A stretch of DNA of 64,000 nucleotides from the human T2T-CHM13v2.0 reference genome, Homo sapiens. The DNA lies in assembly GCF_009914755.1 (NCBI RefSeq), contig NC_060926.1; one strand, 5' to 3'. Positions 1-13,430 of the stretch are shown here, in pieces; within the stretch, counting starts at the first letter, position 1, and every line of letters begins with the position of its first letter. The notes under the pieces are model-generated. The model made no database searches and had not been told where the DNA came from. It saw nothing but the letters and a program-made list of their open reading frames with translations. A program made the translations under genes and the position numbers.

Positions 1-639
1 AGCAGAGCTGGGAAGTAACCAGGTCCCTGCCACCTAGTCCAGGACTCACTCTTGAGTATACCAAATAGCAATAAAGAGAACATGCTCCTATTTGATTTGT
101 TGAACAACCAACCACACAATGATGAATTATGAGCCAAAAGGGGATATGAATCTCTTATTTCAATGTAAATATAAACAATTATAAAATTGCATGAGTTAAA
201 ATACTGACATGATTGATTTTAAGAATTTAGGAGCAGGGTTGAGAAGGAGGGGTCACACCTATTTTTAATTTTGGCTACAGATAACTAATTACAAAACTAA
301 TGTTACATAATAACACACTGAAATATGTAATTTACATGAAGATTTTTTGAAAAGCAAAAGTTAAAAATCATATTAACCTGTGACTGATTTTATTAAATCT
401 ACTTTCCTCTCTCTTCTGTTCTAGCTATGCAAACTAAAGAACACAGAGCACTTTCCAAGCTCATTTAAAAATCATTTTTCTAAAACTGAAAAATATTTGA
501 GCTTTACTACTTGGGATGATTAAAGATAAACAATAACTTTTGGACTTCATATATTTTCTAATCTTGCGTAACTGTGATAAAGCCAAGCTTCTAATTAGAA
601 ATATAAAATGACAGAATTTTGAAACTTAGAGGAACTTGA

Positions 640-780
640 GATATAATCCAGCTCAATGATTTCATTTTACAGATTCAGACACTAAGGCCGTAAAAGGTTA
701 AATGAGGGGCTTGACCACACGCAGACAGTTAGTAACACTGCTGCAACTCCAACCACCAGGCTGGAGATCTTTTCACTATA
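640..780 (-). mobile_element. MIR SINE fragment
   Basis: Degenerate MIR core in antisense form (cattttacagattcagacactaaggcc...aggttaaatg); boundaries approximate. Confidence 0.6.
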
Positions 781-1984
781 GCAAACACTTTAGATTATAT
801 CCAGAGTATTAGTAATGTTCTCCAAAAATGTGTCAGAGGCTACAGATGAGCACAGAACCAGCCATCATAAATGATGATCATTACCTCAATAAAAAAGACG
901 TTTAACTCTCTGTGACACAACTAAATTATCCAATCACTTCTGCCTTAGTTTCCTCCTTGAAGTACAGCTATTTTTGACATATGCTATGTTGCAAAGAGTG
1001 AAAAGCTCAAGTTTTGCCAACATTTGAGGTTGGAAAGCGCAATTAACTTTTGAGGAGGTAAGCAATACGGAATAAGTTTTGTAATTAGTATTATAATTGA
1101 TAGTTACAATCTAGAGCTTTCTCACTGATTCTACCTTACTCATCTAAGCAGAAAAAATTCTACATGAAACTTGTGAAAGGTAATAAAGTTTACGGGAAAT
1201 GAAGTCACCAAAGATGCTGGATGTATGGGAAGTCAGAACATGTGTACATATTAGGAGAAATCGAGAATAAGAAAGGGTGAATTTTTAAGAGAATGCTACA
1301 TAGCTAATCTGGGTCGTAACACGCACTCACATGTTAAAAGCGTCACTTTTTCTGATTACATGACAAGATATACTTCTATATCCAACTCATTCTACTTTAA
1401 TTAAGCATGGGAATAACCCAAATTTAATGTTTAATTTCTTTTCAAGGTCTCAAGTATTGGCTCCTTGGATGTGTTTTGATCTTATAAGGCACTTTCAGAA
1501 GTTTTATTTAATGGATTCCTTTTTTAATATAGATGTTTGTGGAAAAGAAAGAGAAACACAAAGGGAACTTGAGGTCACTGTAGCCCTTACAAAGAAGTAG
1601 TGATAGGACTCTATAAACTGTGTTTAATGGCCCCAATTGCATAGAACCATGGCTAAGAGAGAAGTGCTGTTTTCACCTTTTATTCAATTCATTCACACAT
1701 TTAATTCTACTGCCAAAACTGTTGATGTGTTTTATGTTTTTGCAATCAGCTAACAGCAGCATTTTAGATTTCCAACCTCAGACAGTACTGTTTTCGGCAA
1801 GAGCTCATCTTTTCAACAAACATAGCCAAATGTCCATAGGTAGCAGTGATTTGAGACAGAACCAGAAATGAAGTGCTACTGGACAGTTGTGTCAGTCCTG
1901 AATATATTGTGTGCACTTCTTGAACATAAATGATAGGCAACTGCTCTGTCAAATAATGCACTGTTCAATTGAATGTCTTACGTA

Positions 1985-2305
<321 letters not shown>

Positions 2306-2854
2306 TCAGGGCACTACACAAATCACTGCACTGGAAAACAAACTCCTAGGCTGTGCCTTCTTGAGATAGGCAAGTGGTGTTCACCTGAGGTGCACAGTCC
2401 CAAACTGAAGGGATTTTTAAATGGGTCACTTAGAAATAAACTTCCACAAGGAAAAAGAGCAAGCAAATGCCACATACCTGGTCACATTAAGGACATATGG
2501 AATGATAAATTGATGCCACAGGACAGACAGAAAATTATTAATATCATTCCAGGCTACCAACATGATTTCTGCAGACTCGAGAGTGTTCAGAACCCCTCTG
2601 GGTAAAGGCAAACAGTCTGCTCACTTAATAGGTGAAAACAACACGGGACAATGCAAATTTTTCACATTACTTTGGGGAAAAAAGTGTATCTTTTTTGACA
2701 CCAATTCTTAGAAAAAGAGAAAAACAGGAATTATAAAATTTAAAACCAATCATAATCCTAAACTTTATACAAGTTAGCAGCACTGTCACAACCACTGTTT
2801 TATACTGTGCTATCAAGGTAGGAAGTTTTTTCTTTCTCACATAGCAAAACCACA

Positions 2855-3012
2855 GGCCGGGCACAGTGGCTCAGGCCACTAATCCCAGCACTTTGAGATG
2901 CTGAGGCAGGAGGATCACTTGGGCCGAGGAGTTCAAGACCAACCTGGGCAGCAAGGTGAGACTCGGTCTATTAAAAAAAAATAATAAACTACAAAAATAA
3001 AATAAAATAAAA
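2855..3012 (+). mobile_element. Free left Alu monomer (FLAM-C-like) with A-rich tail
   Basis: ggccgggcacagtggctc...ggaggatcacttg...gagttcaagacc monomer followed directly by an A-rich tail. Confidence 0.85.
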
Positions 3013-6000
3013 ACCAGGTAATATAAACAATAGATTAAAAAACTAAGAATCTTAGAATTCAAAAAGCCAAAAAAAAAAAAAAGAGAGATTAAGAATCCTA
3101 TATATTTACAAATTTGCACTTTCACAACTTGAGACCTTTATGTTACCTCACTAAATGTATTTCACTACTTCAAACCAGTGCCATGTAGGGCAAGATGGAA
3201 ATAAGTGGGTGGCTTTTGTGATACACAATGACTCCCAAGGCAGTTTTCAACTGAAAAAATATAGGTCAGAAAAAGTCTCTGTCCCAGTACCCATTCTGCA
3301 CATTGCAAAGCAAAGTTTACAATAAAATTTCAATTAAACTCCAAAAGTTAGATAGACCCAAATCAAACTTACAAATAAGCCACATAAATTTCATCTGTGG
3401 TAAAATGCAAAAGACATGAAAATACTCACCATCCATCCTTTATAACAGGCTACTAGCCACTTAGCATCCATTATCTATACCTCCAGATACTGATCTATAA
3501 ATCTGTTTTTACCTAAACATTTCTCCCATGTGCACATTTCATGCTCTATTATTTTGATATTATATTATCCTATGTGCTATCCTCATTCTGTTTATAAATC
3601 AGCAATTGCTTTTTCAGAAATTGTATTAACTAAAAAATTAATATATATGTATGGTTGTGTCTATCTACACAAATATATATGTATGTGCCTGTGTGTTGTG
3701 TGTGTAGGCATAGCTCAGACACAAAGGCAAAAGAATGATTGTTATCTTACTAGCTCTGTCCTGGCTGTTGTATTTTAAACTGTTTATAAAAAGACACAAA
3801 GTCTGAAACATTATTTTAATTTTTACAACCATAGTAAGCAATTTTAACAATGATTTTCTTTGCAAATTTTTATCTGAATGGGAAAAAAGTTTTCTTTGAT
3901 CGTCTGCAATATGCTTATTGTTTTACGTATCTGAAGTGCAAGGATTTATGCAACAGTAGAAAAAATGAGGATCTAAAAAATTTTTAAAGTCAAAGATAGC
4001 ATATAAAAATGCCATTTGACAAAAATTATTTAGATGTTTATTTTAAGGTATTTTCCAGCACAATTTGGCACTTTAAATTTTAAAGCTCAGGCTCAATTAG
4101 TCCCTGAAAGGAAAGCATGCTATAGCACTCTAAACAGCCTACTGCATTCATTTATTGTTCAGTTCACAGTCTCTGAATACAACACAATCCACCAACAGAG
4201 TCAGCTTTCATAATTCAGCAGTACAAAGTCTGCAAACACATGTAACCTAGATCCATATTTCCCAGTGACAGCATATGATAGCAGAATGTGAAGTATTAAT
4301 GCTGGTGTCACTATAGTCCTACACTCTACTGCACTTTAAGAGAAAGCAGCTGCTGAGATGAAATGTGTGCCAACTGTCTGAAGACAGAAACATAAGAAAC
4401 ATTCCTTCTGTTACAAAGGGAGAGACACACACAAACAGACTTGCTTTTAGATGCAACAAGCACAAAGTTTCTTACTTTTGCCTTTTAAATTTCTCAAAAA
4501 CACTCAGCAATTCTGCATAAGCAGAAAGATATGCATTTAAGAAAATCTCAACTTCCTTCTCATGAAAGTAAACCCAAAAAGACATTATGATTTTATCTGC
4601 AAGTCAAAGGGTAGAAAAACCACCTCTTACAATTCATAGTAAATAGCCAATGAGTCCACACACCTAGGGAAATATAATTGCTATCTATGGAACAGATAAT
4701 ATTGACCAGCTGAGCATTTTCATACTAACAACATATAGTCCTTAGGCCTTCCAATGAATACTTCCTTTGGCATCTTCATAAAAATATTATCTTGAAATAA
4801 TCCTATTAAATCTTTGTTCTAACACATTTACATAGAAACCAGGCTGTCTCTGCAAACCAAGAACCTGTCAATTTCAGCAACCCCCTTCCCAAGGGGTGAA
4901 GTCTATACATCTCAAAGTGGCATTTTTCTTTTTTCTCGATATAAAGATTGGCGATTTGTTGAAGAACCACACTATCCTGATTTGTACAGGATATATTCTT
5001 GATGTAACAGTGCAAAGTGAACCAAAGTACTGTACTGCTATCTTTTAAACACAGCTCTACCATAACAATAAGAGTGTGACATAATCTGAACTGTTTGGTT
5101 ATAATTCACTTAAAAAACTAGCAAACCTCATTGACCCCCTTATCAAACAATTTATTGTGCATTTGCAGACTGGACAATGAAATAGAGGAGGCAAAGTATT
5201 AACGGTGACATTATTTGGCAAGCACATAGTGCAGTTCATTCAAAAGGCAATTTTAAAATTGAATGAAGAGGTTTGACTAGGCAATAAAAACAGCCACAAT
5301 GCCAGTGAACAGTACTTAGGAGGAAAGCCTCTAATTATCCTATTTATAAATCAACAGCAATTTTACTGATGATTTCTTTGCAAAGTTGATTAAAATAACT
5401 TCAAAATATGTTAAACTAGATCATATGCATTTTATTAAACTATAATTTAAAAATATTATAGATTGTTTGAAAATGATAAAAACTTGAGAGCAAGAATGAG
5501 ACAGCATTTCTGAAGAAAAACATTCCTACAATGCTCTGCAACATAATTATAGCACTGCCCTTGGGGAAGGGGATTTTATTTTATAATGAGAATGTTTACA
5601 CTGTTATGGGGTTCACTCTATCTGGGAGGAAAGGTTAAACTTCTTTCCATTAAAGACAGCCTTATAATGAAAAGCTCTGAAAGGAGAATGGAGTCTAATA
5701 TAGTAGATGTAATGGCCTATTAAATGATTCACACAAAAAAATGAATCAAGTTCATTGTATCTTACTGCTGTTTTATGACAAAATTGTTGAAAAATAAAAC
5801 TATGGTCAAGATAATTGCATATTACATAGACTGTATTACTGTAAGCAGTACTCTTATTGGATGACCTAGAGTCTAATTTTTAGGTACATTAACAGGACAT
5901 TACATTTTAAATACTTTACATTATTGGAATGTTTTAAAAGAATTCCACTTTTACTCTGTTGGCAAAATCAATTTAGACTTAAAGTCATGCTTCAATTGTG

Positions 6001-7914
6001 CATCACTCTTTCTCAATTAAAATTTTCCATACATCCTTTATGATGTCATTCTTACATTCCTGCAACAGATGCTTGTTTATATACCAATTTACTAAACTGC
6101 TGCTGTATTGGTAATACACAATTTTAGATGTAACCTCTCTGTCTAGTTTACATTCCCAGATCTCCTCTCAATAAATGTATATTTTCAAAATAATTTGCCT
6201 CTTTAACAATAATCTCTAATTACCAAACAATCTCCTCTACTGAAAAAACACAAGCAAAATGTCTCTATATTTTTAGAGTGTACAATTAAATACACATTTC
6301 TGGAAAGAATGACATCCTTAACATTTTAAGAAAGGGGTATTTCCATGAATGCGTTTAAGCACAGTTTAAAAGTGTATTTTAGGAGGCATAACTCCAAAGA
6401 AGATCCATTAATTCTGTCCTCTGAGAACCTGAGCAATCTCTCAGATTAGCTATATACCATGGCTGTCTATTACCTGGAGCTTCAGCAATATATAACATCA
6501 TATTCATTTTTAAAGTAATAACATAACAATGTTAACTAAACCATATGTATACTTTATCAGCATTGTTATTATGTCTCCGTAAGGTTTCAAAATAGAACAA
6601 TCAAAGCCTCACACAGATTAAAATGTTGCTCACTGAATTAAAGAAATCTATTTGGAGAAAAATATATAAAAATGCATACTGATTTCAGATTTGTGGGTGA
6701 ACATAGACTAAAAACTACTTTTTGCAAGTCACCAGTACTTAATTTGAGTAAAGTGATGCTGTGATTCTGTTAAAGGAAGCTCTTCCTTTTAAAAACATTT
6801 ATCTCTGAATATATATGTGTGAAATTCTGGCAGAGAAACTTTCATAAGAATCTTGAAGGAAAATTGTCATGTTGGATCAAACACTAAGCAGTATCACCTC
6901 TTTTTCAAAAATAATTTTCTGTTACAACTGAAAATATTTTTGTCCCACATATAAACAAATTTACTCTAATTTTACAACCTCATATTTATCAGGGGATTGC
7001 CTGTTGTTAGCAAATTTTGCAGCCTCAAGTTACTGAAATTACTAAATATTTTGCTTTAAAAGAAAAAATACCTCTATTGAAAAACCTTTAACTGCTTACT
7101 ATTGCCAATTATGTTTAATATTCATTTAGTCTCCTTCTCTATCAAGTCAGGCTTTTGTAAAATCTGCAGAGGGGAGTATCTGTGAGTGCATTTCTTCCCA
7201 TTTCTTCCATCTTTCAGGTGGGTACTGAAGGAAAAGTTGAGCTTTCTAGAGAGGTTGTCCTGAGGGTTAAGATAAGGTAAGGCGTGGGAAGGGGGAAAGG
7301 AACAAAAATCAGAAATATAGGTGGGGAAACAAAGCTTTTTCCAACACCTAATTCTGTGGCAATTGCTTAACTTTTTCTCCTTCTTCCACAAGAGTCCAAA
7401 GTTAACTGTATGATTTGGCAGGGCATCAAAAAGGTCCAAATAAGTTCTGGAAAAGGCAGTAGCTGACTTGAGTACAGCTGCATTTTGTTGGGTTAGGTTG
7501 AAACTAGGGAAATCTGACAGGAGCGCTGGAGAAAACCTTCAGGGAAAAACACAGAACAGTTCACAGGGCTTGTACACTATGGAAATACTCAGCCTCTACC
7601 TCTCTCCTCCCCCTAATAAACCTTGAAGGAAAAGGGAAGGACGAAGTGGGGAAAGGAAAAGGGAAGGTGGGGAGGAAAGAGGAGGGAAAGGGAAGAGGGA
7701 AGACCTGCGGGGAACAGGAGGGAGACAGCTACTGTTGGGAATCTGTTCTTGTCACACATCTCCATACCTTCGCAAAACAATTTCTCTGAAAGAAGCCTGG
7801 GTCATTGTGGCAACATTATTCTTGACTGGGGATTCAAGAGGTCCAGAGAGAGCCTATCACTATCATTTACGGGTATATACTGTTAACATACTTTAGGGGT
7901 TATTCAAAGATGGA

Positions 7915-8214
<300 letters not shown>

Positions 8215-8659
8215 AAAGATGGATTTTTAAAACACAACAAAAAGCCCCTTCTGCTGATATTATATTTCTTTATGGAAGAAGACTTACAAAGAAAAAAGAG
8301 CAAACATATAAGGGAGCTCAGTGCTCGTGTGGATGCATTCTTAGCCCAGCACAACATTTGGCTACCAAAAGCCTGATGTCATTCAAAGAAAGGTAGTAAA
8401 CAAAAAGCAATACTAACACTGCCATTAGGTAAATCAGCAAATATTTGCTCTGAAGAACTGTATTAAAATCAAAGCACTGGGGGGAAGGGGGTGTATACCA
8501 TTTTGTTAAGATTTCTAACCACACTGAATCCTTCCTCTATCTCTACCATTTTCTTGGTTTCAGGGTGGTAGAAAGTAAAGCAGAAGTACAAAAAGGTTGA
8601 ACATACCCATATAGTTAAAAAAAAAATGATGATTATAGGCACATATACCATAGCCCTTA

Positions 8660-8812
8660 GCAGTGATTTTGTATAACCCTCTTATGTTACAGATGAAGAA
8701 ATTAAGGCTCAGATAAATTGACCTGCCAATGATGTCACATAGCAAGGAAGTGGCAGAGTAGGGAACTGAACCCAGGTTTCTTGCTCTCAGTCACGGGCTC
8801 TGTAGACTGTGC
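8660..8812 (-). mobile_element. MIR SINE fragment
   Basis: ttacagatgaagaaattaaggctcaga...gtcacatagcaaggaagtggcagagtagggaactgaacccagg matches the MIR core. Confidence 0.75.
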
Positions 8813-8902
8813 CATCTAACCTTTAGTCACAAAACATTTTTATCTGAATTTTCTATGACATTCATCAAGCTTGAGGGGTTATCATCTAAAAGGAATTAAA
8901 AT

Positions 8903-8929
8903 ACACACGCACACACACACACACACACA
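8903..8929. repeat. (CA)n microsatellite
   Basis: Direct reading. Confidence 0.9.
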
Positions 8930-9229
8930 TGCACAGGCACATGATCACACTCCTCAGGTTGGAGACAGCTATGTTTGCCTTTGGTTTTTAAGGAGTTTCT
9001 AAGTATGGATTGGCAAAGAAGGTGGGAAGTTCTCACTCTCCCTCTCTAGAGGCCGGCAGTTGCCTTACAAAGTAAGCACTAGGTAAAAAGAAGTGTAGAA
9101 TAATGCCTTAGGCTTGGATCTACACACAGAACCTGACTAAATGACAAGAATGGCAAGACCTATCCCCACAGACCCAACTAGGAATGTGGTCTGCGGACAT
9201 GGACCCAAAGACTGGTTGCCTACTGGCTT

Positions 9230-9567
9230 GGTTAGAAAAGGCCACGCAGCTTCCATCTGCCTCTCTTGAAATACCTTCTTTGGGATCTTAAGCCATCATG
9301 TAAAAAAGTATTCTGGCTAACAGTCCCAGCTATGCCTAGACTTTAGCCATTCCTGCTGAGGGACCAGCCATGTAAGAAGAGCCTCTGGGACTCTCCAGAC
9401 CTCCTCATCCACCAGCTGAGGAGCACTGAGTCACCACTGCCAGTGCCACAGGGAAGAGTCACTCAGCCAGTCCTACCCAAATTCTTGACTCACAGAATTC
9501 CTGAAGTATAAAAATATAATTGTTTAAGAACACTCAATTTTGGAGTAGTTTGTTATGCAATAGAACA
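9230..9567 (+). mobile_element. MLT1 (ERVL-MaLR) LTR, 3' portion
   Basis: agccatcatgtaa...cccaaattcttgactcacagaa...ttttggagtagtttgttatgcaatagaaca resembles the MLT1F/G/H 3' end. Confidence 0.75.
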
Positions 9568-10889
9568 AAGCCTTAATTTTCTCAGCTGTAAAACTGAAGA
9601 AATATTACTGGAGGAGGATAGGAAGGATTAAATGAAAATGTATGCAGTGATCCATAAAGGAGAGCTACCAACAATATAATAATGATGATTCTGAAATCTT
9701 TTTCCAACATTGAAGACATTGTGCCTATCCCAGGTGGACATCAGATGATGGAAGCTATGGTTCCGCCACTGGTGAGCTGTGTACTCTGGATACATCAAGG
9801 AACCTCGCCTCACCCAGCCCGAAGTTTCTATACAGGCACAAAAGGCAAAATGAGTGAAAAGACTGAAGTAAGAGAGAAGCTTATGTGGTATTTCAAACAA
9901 TTTTAAAACACAAAACTCATAAGCATATTTTTCAATTTCACATAGAAATATAATTTCTACCTTTGAATAAACATGTGGTCTGCTTGTTATGCTTTTATTT
10001 TTTACTTCTGATAATAATACATGTGAAGAGAAATATTTCTCAACTATAAGAGAATCGCAAAACAATTCAAGGGTCAAAATAGAGCAGCGGGAAATTGTGT
10101 GAACTAGAGAGAACTTATTCCAGTCAAAGGGCCAAACAACACTGACCTCAAAGCCAACTTATGCCATGTGCCACGAGGACCAGTATTCTTTGATCTTCTA
10201 ACATTCCTGAGAACCAGAAAGGTTCAGCCCATGGGCAACCAGCTGGTATATCCAGGATATCATCCAGAAGCTAGCTCTCTTAAGCTATCTTTCTTTTGCT
10301 TTGGTTAGCCATGTGACCTTAAGCAAATTGTTTAACTATTTTTCATCTGAGTTTCCCTTCTTATAAAATTGGGAAGTAAAAGCAATAGTTTTGAAGGCTC
10401 TTCCAATACAGAATTATGGAATTCCTTTAATTCCTCACAGTGGATCTGGAAAATAGACACTTACCATGTATGTACATTTATGCATTATTTTATAAAAATT
10501 TAAAATAGTTTGTTTTTATTCCTCCTAAATGTTGGTTGTGACTCACCAAATACAGTTCAAGACTCAGGAATGAATCAGAACCCATGATGCTTGTCCGCAA
10601 AAGTCATCTCCTTCTCAGATTTTACAACTATTTCTCTGGAATTCACCTTTTTAATTGTTCTTCAAACATCCTATGTCTCCCCCAAGTAAATGATAACTTC
10701 CTACATGACAGTAACATATTGTCTTACAAAAAATTTGAAGCATTAAACAAGAAAAGCAAACATAAAGTTTCTTCTCTTGGCACTCTATTTTCTAGATGGG
10801 ACATAAGGCTAGTTTATTTGTGGTAAACATGACATTTATACATAGTATTGCTTTCAGGTCAATTTTTCTTTTCACTAAGCCATTGGAAG

Positions 10890-11076
10890 CAAAACTTTAG
10901 TGTGCATTAAACATCACCTAAAACATGTGTTAAACATTCAGATTCTCAGGTTCCATCCCAAGAGATTTTGACTAAGTGGGTCCCTGGTAGCCTCCAGGAA
11001 TCTACATTTTTAAACAATCTCCTTAGTGAATTTTGACCTGTATGAACATTTGACCGCTCTTTGAGTTTCTGCTCTA
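10890..11076. mobile_element. MER5-type hAT-Charlie DNA transposon fossil
   Basis: caaaactttagtgtgcatt..atcacct...cagattctcagg...ggaatctacatttttaaacaa pattern of MER5A/B. Confidence 0.7.
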
Positions 11077-11096
11077 AAGCTTAAAAGGCTGAGAAC

Positions 11097-11300
11097 AGGG
11101 GTCAGCAAACTTTTTCTGTAAAGAACTAGATTATAAATATTTTAGACTTGTGAGTCAAAGGTTCTGTATTGTAACTACTCAACTCTTTCTTTGTAGTGTG
11201 AAAGCATTTACAGAAAATAAATGGGTGTGGCTGTGTTTCAATAAAATGTTATTTACAAAAAACAAGTGGCCAGCCCCTGGCCATAGTTTTCCGAACTCTG
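11097..11300. mobile_element. MER58A-type hAT-Charlie MITE
   Basis: Begins caggggtcagcaaactttttctgtaaag and ends ggccatagttttccgaactctg (degenerate terminal inverted repeats). Confidence 0.85.
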
Positions 11301-12330
11301 TCCTAGGACATGCACTAAAAGTCAGTTTTATTATGTAAGCAGCATAATAAGATTCATTGGTACTGGATGCCTTGTCAAACGGGATGACAAGTAGACTGAA
11401 GTCACAACCAGGCTCTTTGGAATAGTGTGCTTTTGCTAGTCAGTAACATCAACAAGAGTGCTAAATGGGAGAGTGGTAGATGTGAGCTTTTATTTTGACC
11501 TTCAAGGCTTAGCTTAGAGGGTAAGAAAAGGAAGAAGCAGCACTTTTGTTCAGAGAATCCAAAAGTGGAGTAGCTTATAATCTTGTTATGTAATTCAACT
11601 ATACATGTCCTACTAGAGGGAAAATTGAGAATCTAGACAGTGAGAACACTTCCACCAACCATTTCATCCAATACACCCAAGAGATGAGGGGGATGTGAAC
11701 CAGGTACTGCTCCAGAATGGCTCAGTTCTCAGGTGTTTCTTATTCAGTGAGGCTTTGAATCGGAGCCTAGTACTTAAAGACACACTTATAAATTTTGTAT
11801 GACACCAGTTTTTAACTCAAGACAGCTACATCTTCAGGTGCTCAGAGAAAAATAATTTCAAAACTGAAGGAAAACAACTAGTTTTTGAGATGTATTAGAT
11901 AAAAGGACCTAAGAAGTCTCCATTTCAGTACCTTCCAATGGGGGTTTTCACAAGTAATTTAATACCATGAGATTTCCAACTCAAATTCATTGACTTGAGA
12001 ACCTAATTTCCAACATAATTTGTGGCTCTACTATATATTATTTATTGACTGAGCATCACATACATTTACAAAGGCCCCATAACTCTATATATTTTTGCTA
12101 AAAATCACCTCAACAGGCATGCAAGTTTATTGGTTTTCTTGCTGTTAAAAAAAGAACTATAGCAGAGCTGAGGTTAAAGAGCTCCTAGTTCTCTTTGCTT
12201 CTCCTGCCACTGGCTAACATTTTGCTCTTAGCATTTTGAGTACAGGGCAGCCAGGGAGTAGGAATGACAGGGTGAGTGGTAATGGAGATGTAGCTGGAAT
12301 TGGATGAGAGTCTACTATGTACCAATAATT

Positions 12331-12459
12331 TTTTAATGTTTTATTTTTTGAGATAGGGTCTCGCTGTGTTACTCAGGCTGGTCTCGAACTCTGGGGCTCA
12401 AGTAATCTTCCCGCCTTGGCAAGTGTCGTGATTACAAGTGTGAGACACCATTCCCACCC
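12331..12459 (-). mobile_element. Alu monomer (FLAM), antisense
   Basis: T-rich tail plus reverse monomer; flanking direct repeat caataatttt. Confidence 0.85.
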
Positions 12460-13049
12460 TCAATAATTTTATGTATGCTACTTCATTCAAATTCTCACAA
12501 TATGAGTATTGATATTTCCATTTTACAGGTAAGGACCTTGATTCAGTGAAGCTGAGTAAGTTGCCTGACAGCCATAATTCTTGGGTTTAAATTAAGAACC
12601 CTCTCATTTCAAAGGCCCAATTTTACCTTACCATACTGACTTCCAAGAAAAACTCAAAGTTTCCAAACTACTACGAGGCTCATTTTGAGTAAAGAAGTCA
12701 GCTGGATAAAATAGGATTTGAAATTTATTCATACATTTTCTTTACTGAAATAATTTGTTGTTCAGATTATCAAACATCAAGATAAGACTGGATTCAAACA
12801 CTGTGGGAACAGTCATTCAAATGGTGGAATAGAAAGAATGCTTCTTGGTTCCTCATTTGTTCCTTTTCTCCTTTTTGGAGTCCTTTTATCTACCCAGACA
12901 CTATATCTATGGGAAAATTCCCTGATTCCCAGAATCTCCCTGTGTCTGTGCTCTCCAGGAAGCACCAGATCACTTTCATTTCTATTTGTTCTAATAAACC
13001 ATCCTAATTTGAGATCCTATCATTTAAATCATTAAGTGACAACAGTAAC

Positions 13050-13430
13050 CTTATAACATAAAAGCTGGTTCTTTAATAAGATCAATAAAATTGATAAAAT
13101 TTTACTGAGTATGAGTAGTAAAAAAGAGAGAAGTACCAAATTATGAGTATCAAGAATGAGTCATTATAACCTCAAATGCAAAACAAACTAAAGGACAATG
13201 AGGAAATACTATGAACAGCTTTCCATAAATGTAATGACTGAAATGAAGTAGACAAATTTCTTGAGAAAAACCAACTCAAAGCTTACTCAGCAAGCAACAC
13301 TTGAATATCCAATATTCAAAATTAGTTTGTAGTTAAAAACATTCCCACAAATAAATCATTAGGCCTAGATAGTTTAACTGTTAATTCTATCAAACATTTA
13401 AGGGATAAATAATAACAATTCTATACAAAC
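13050..13430 (+). mobile_element. Old L1M (L1MD/ME-type) ORF2 fragment, 5' part of an interrupted element
   Basis: aaaagctggttctttaataagatcaataaaattgataaa...ggcctagatagtttaactg: decayed ORF2 (WFFEKINKIDK to GPDGFT region). Confidence 0.8.
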
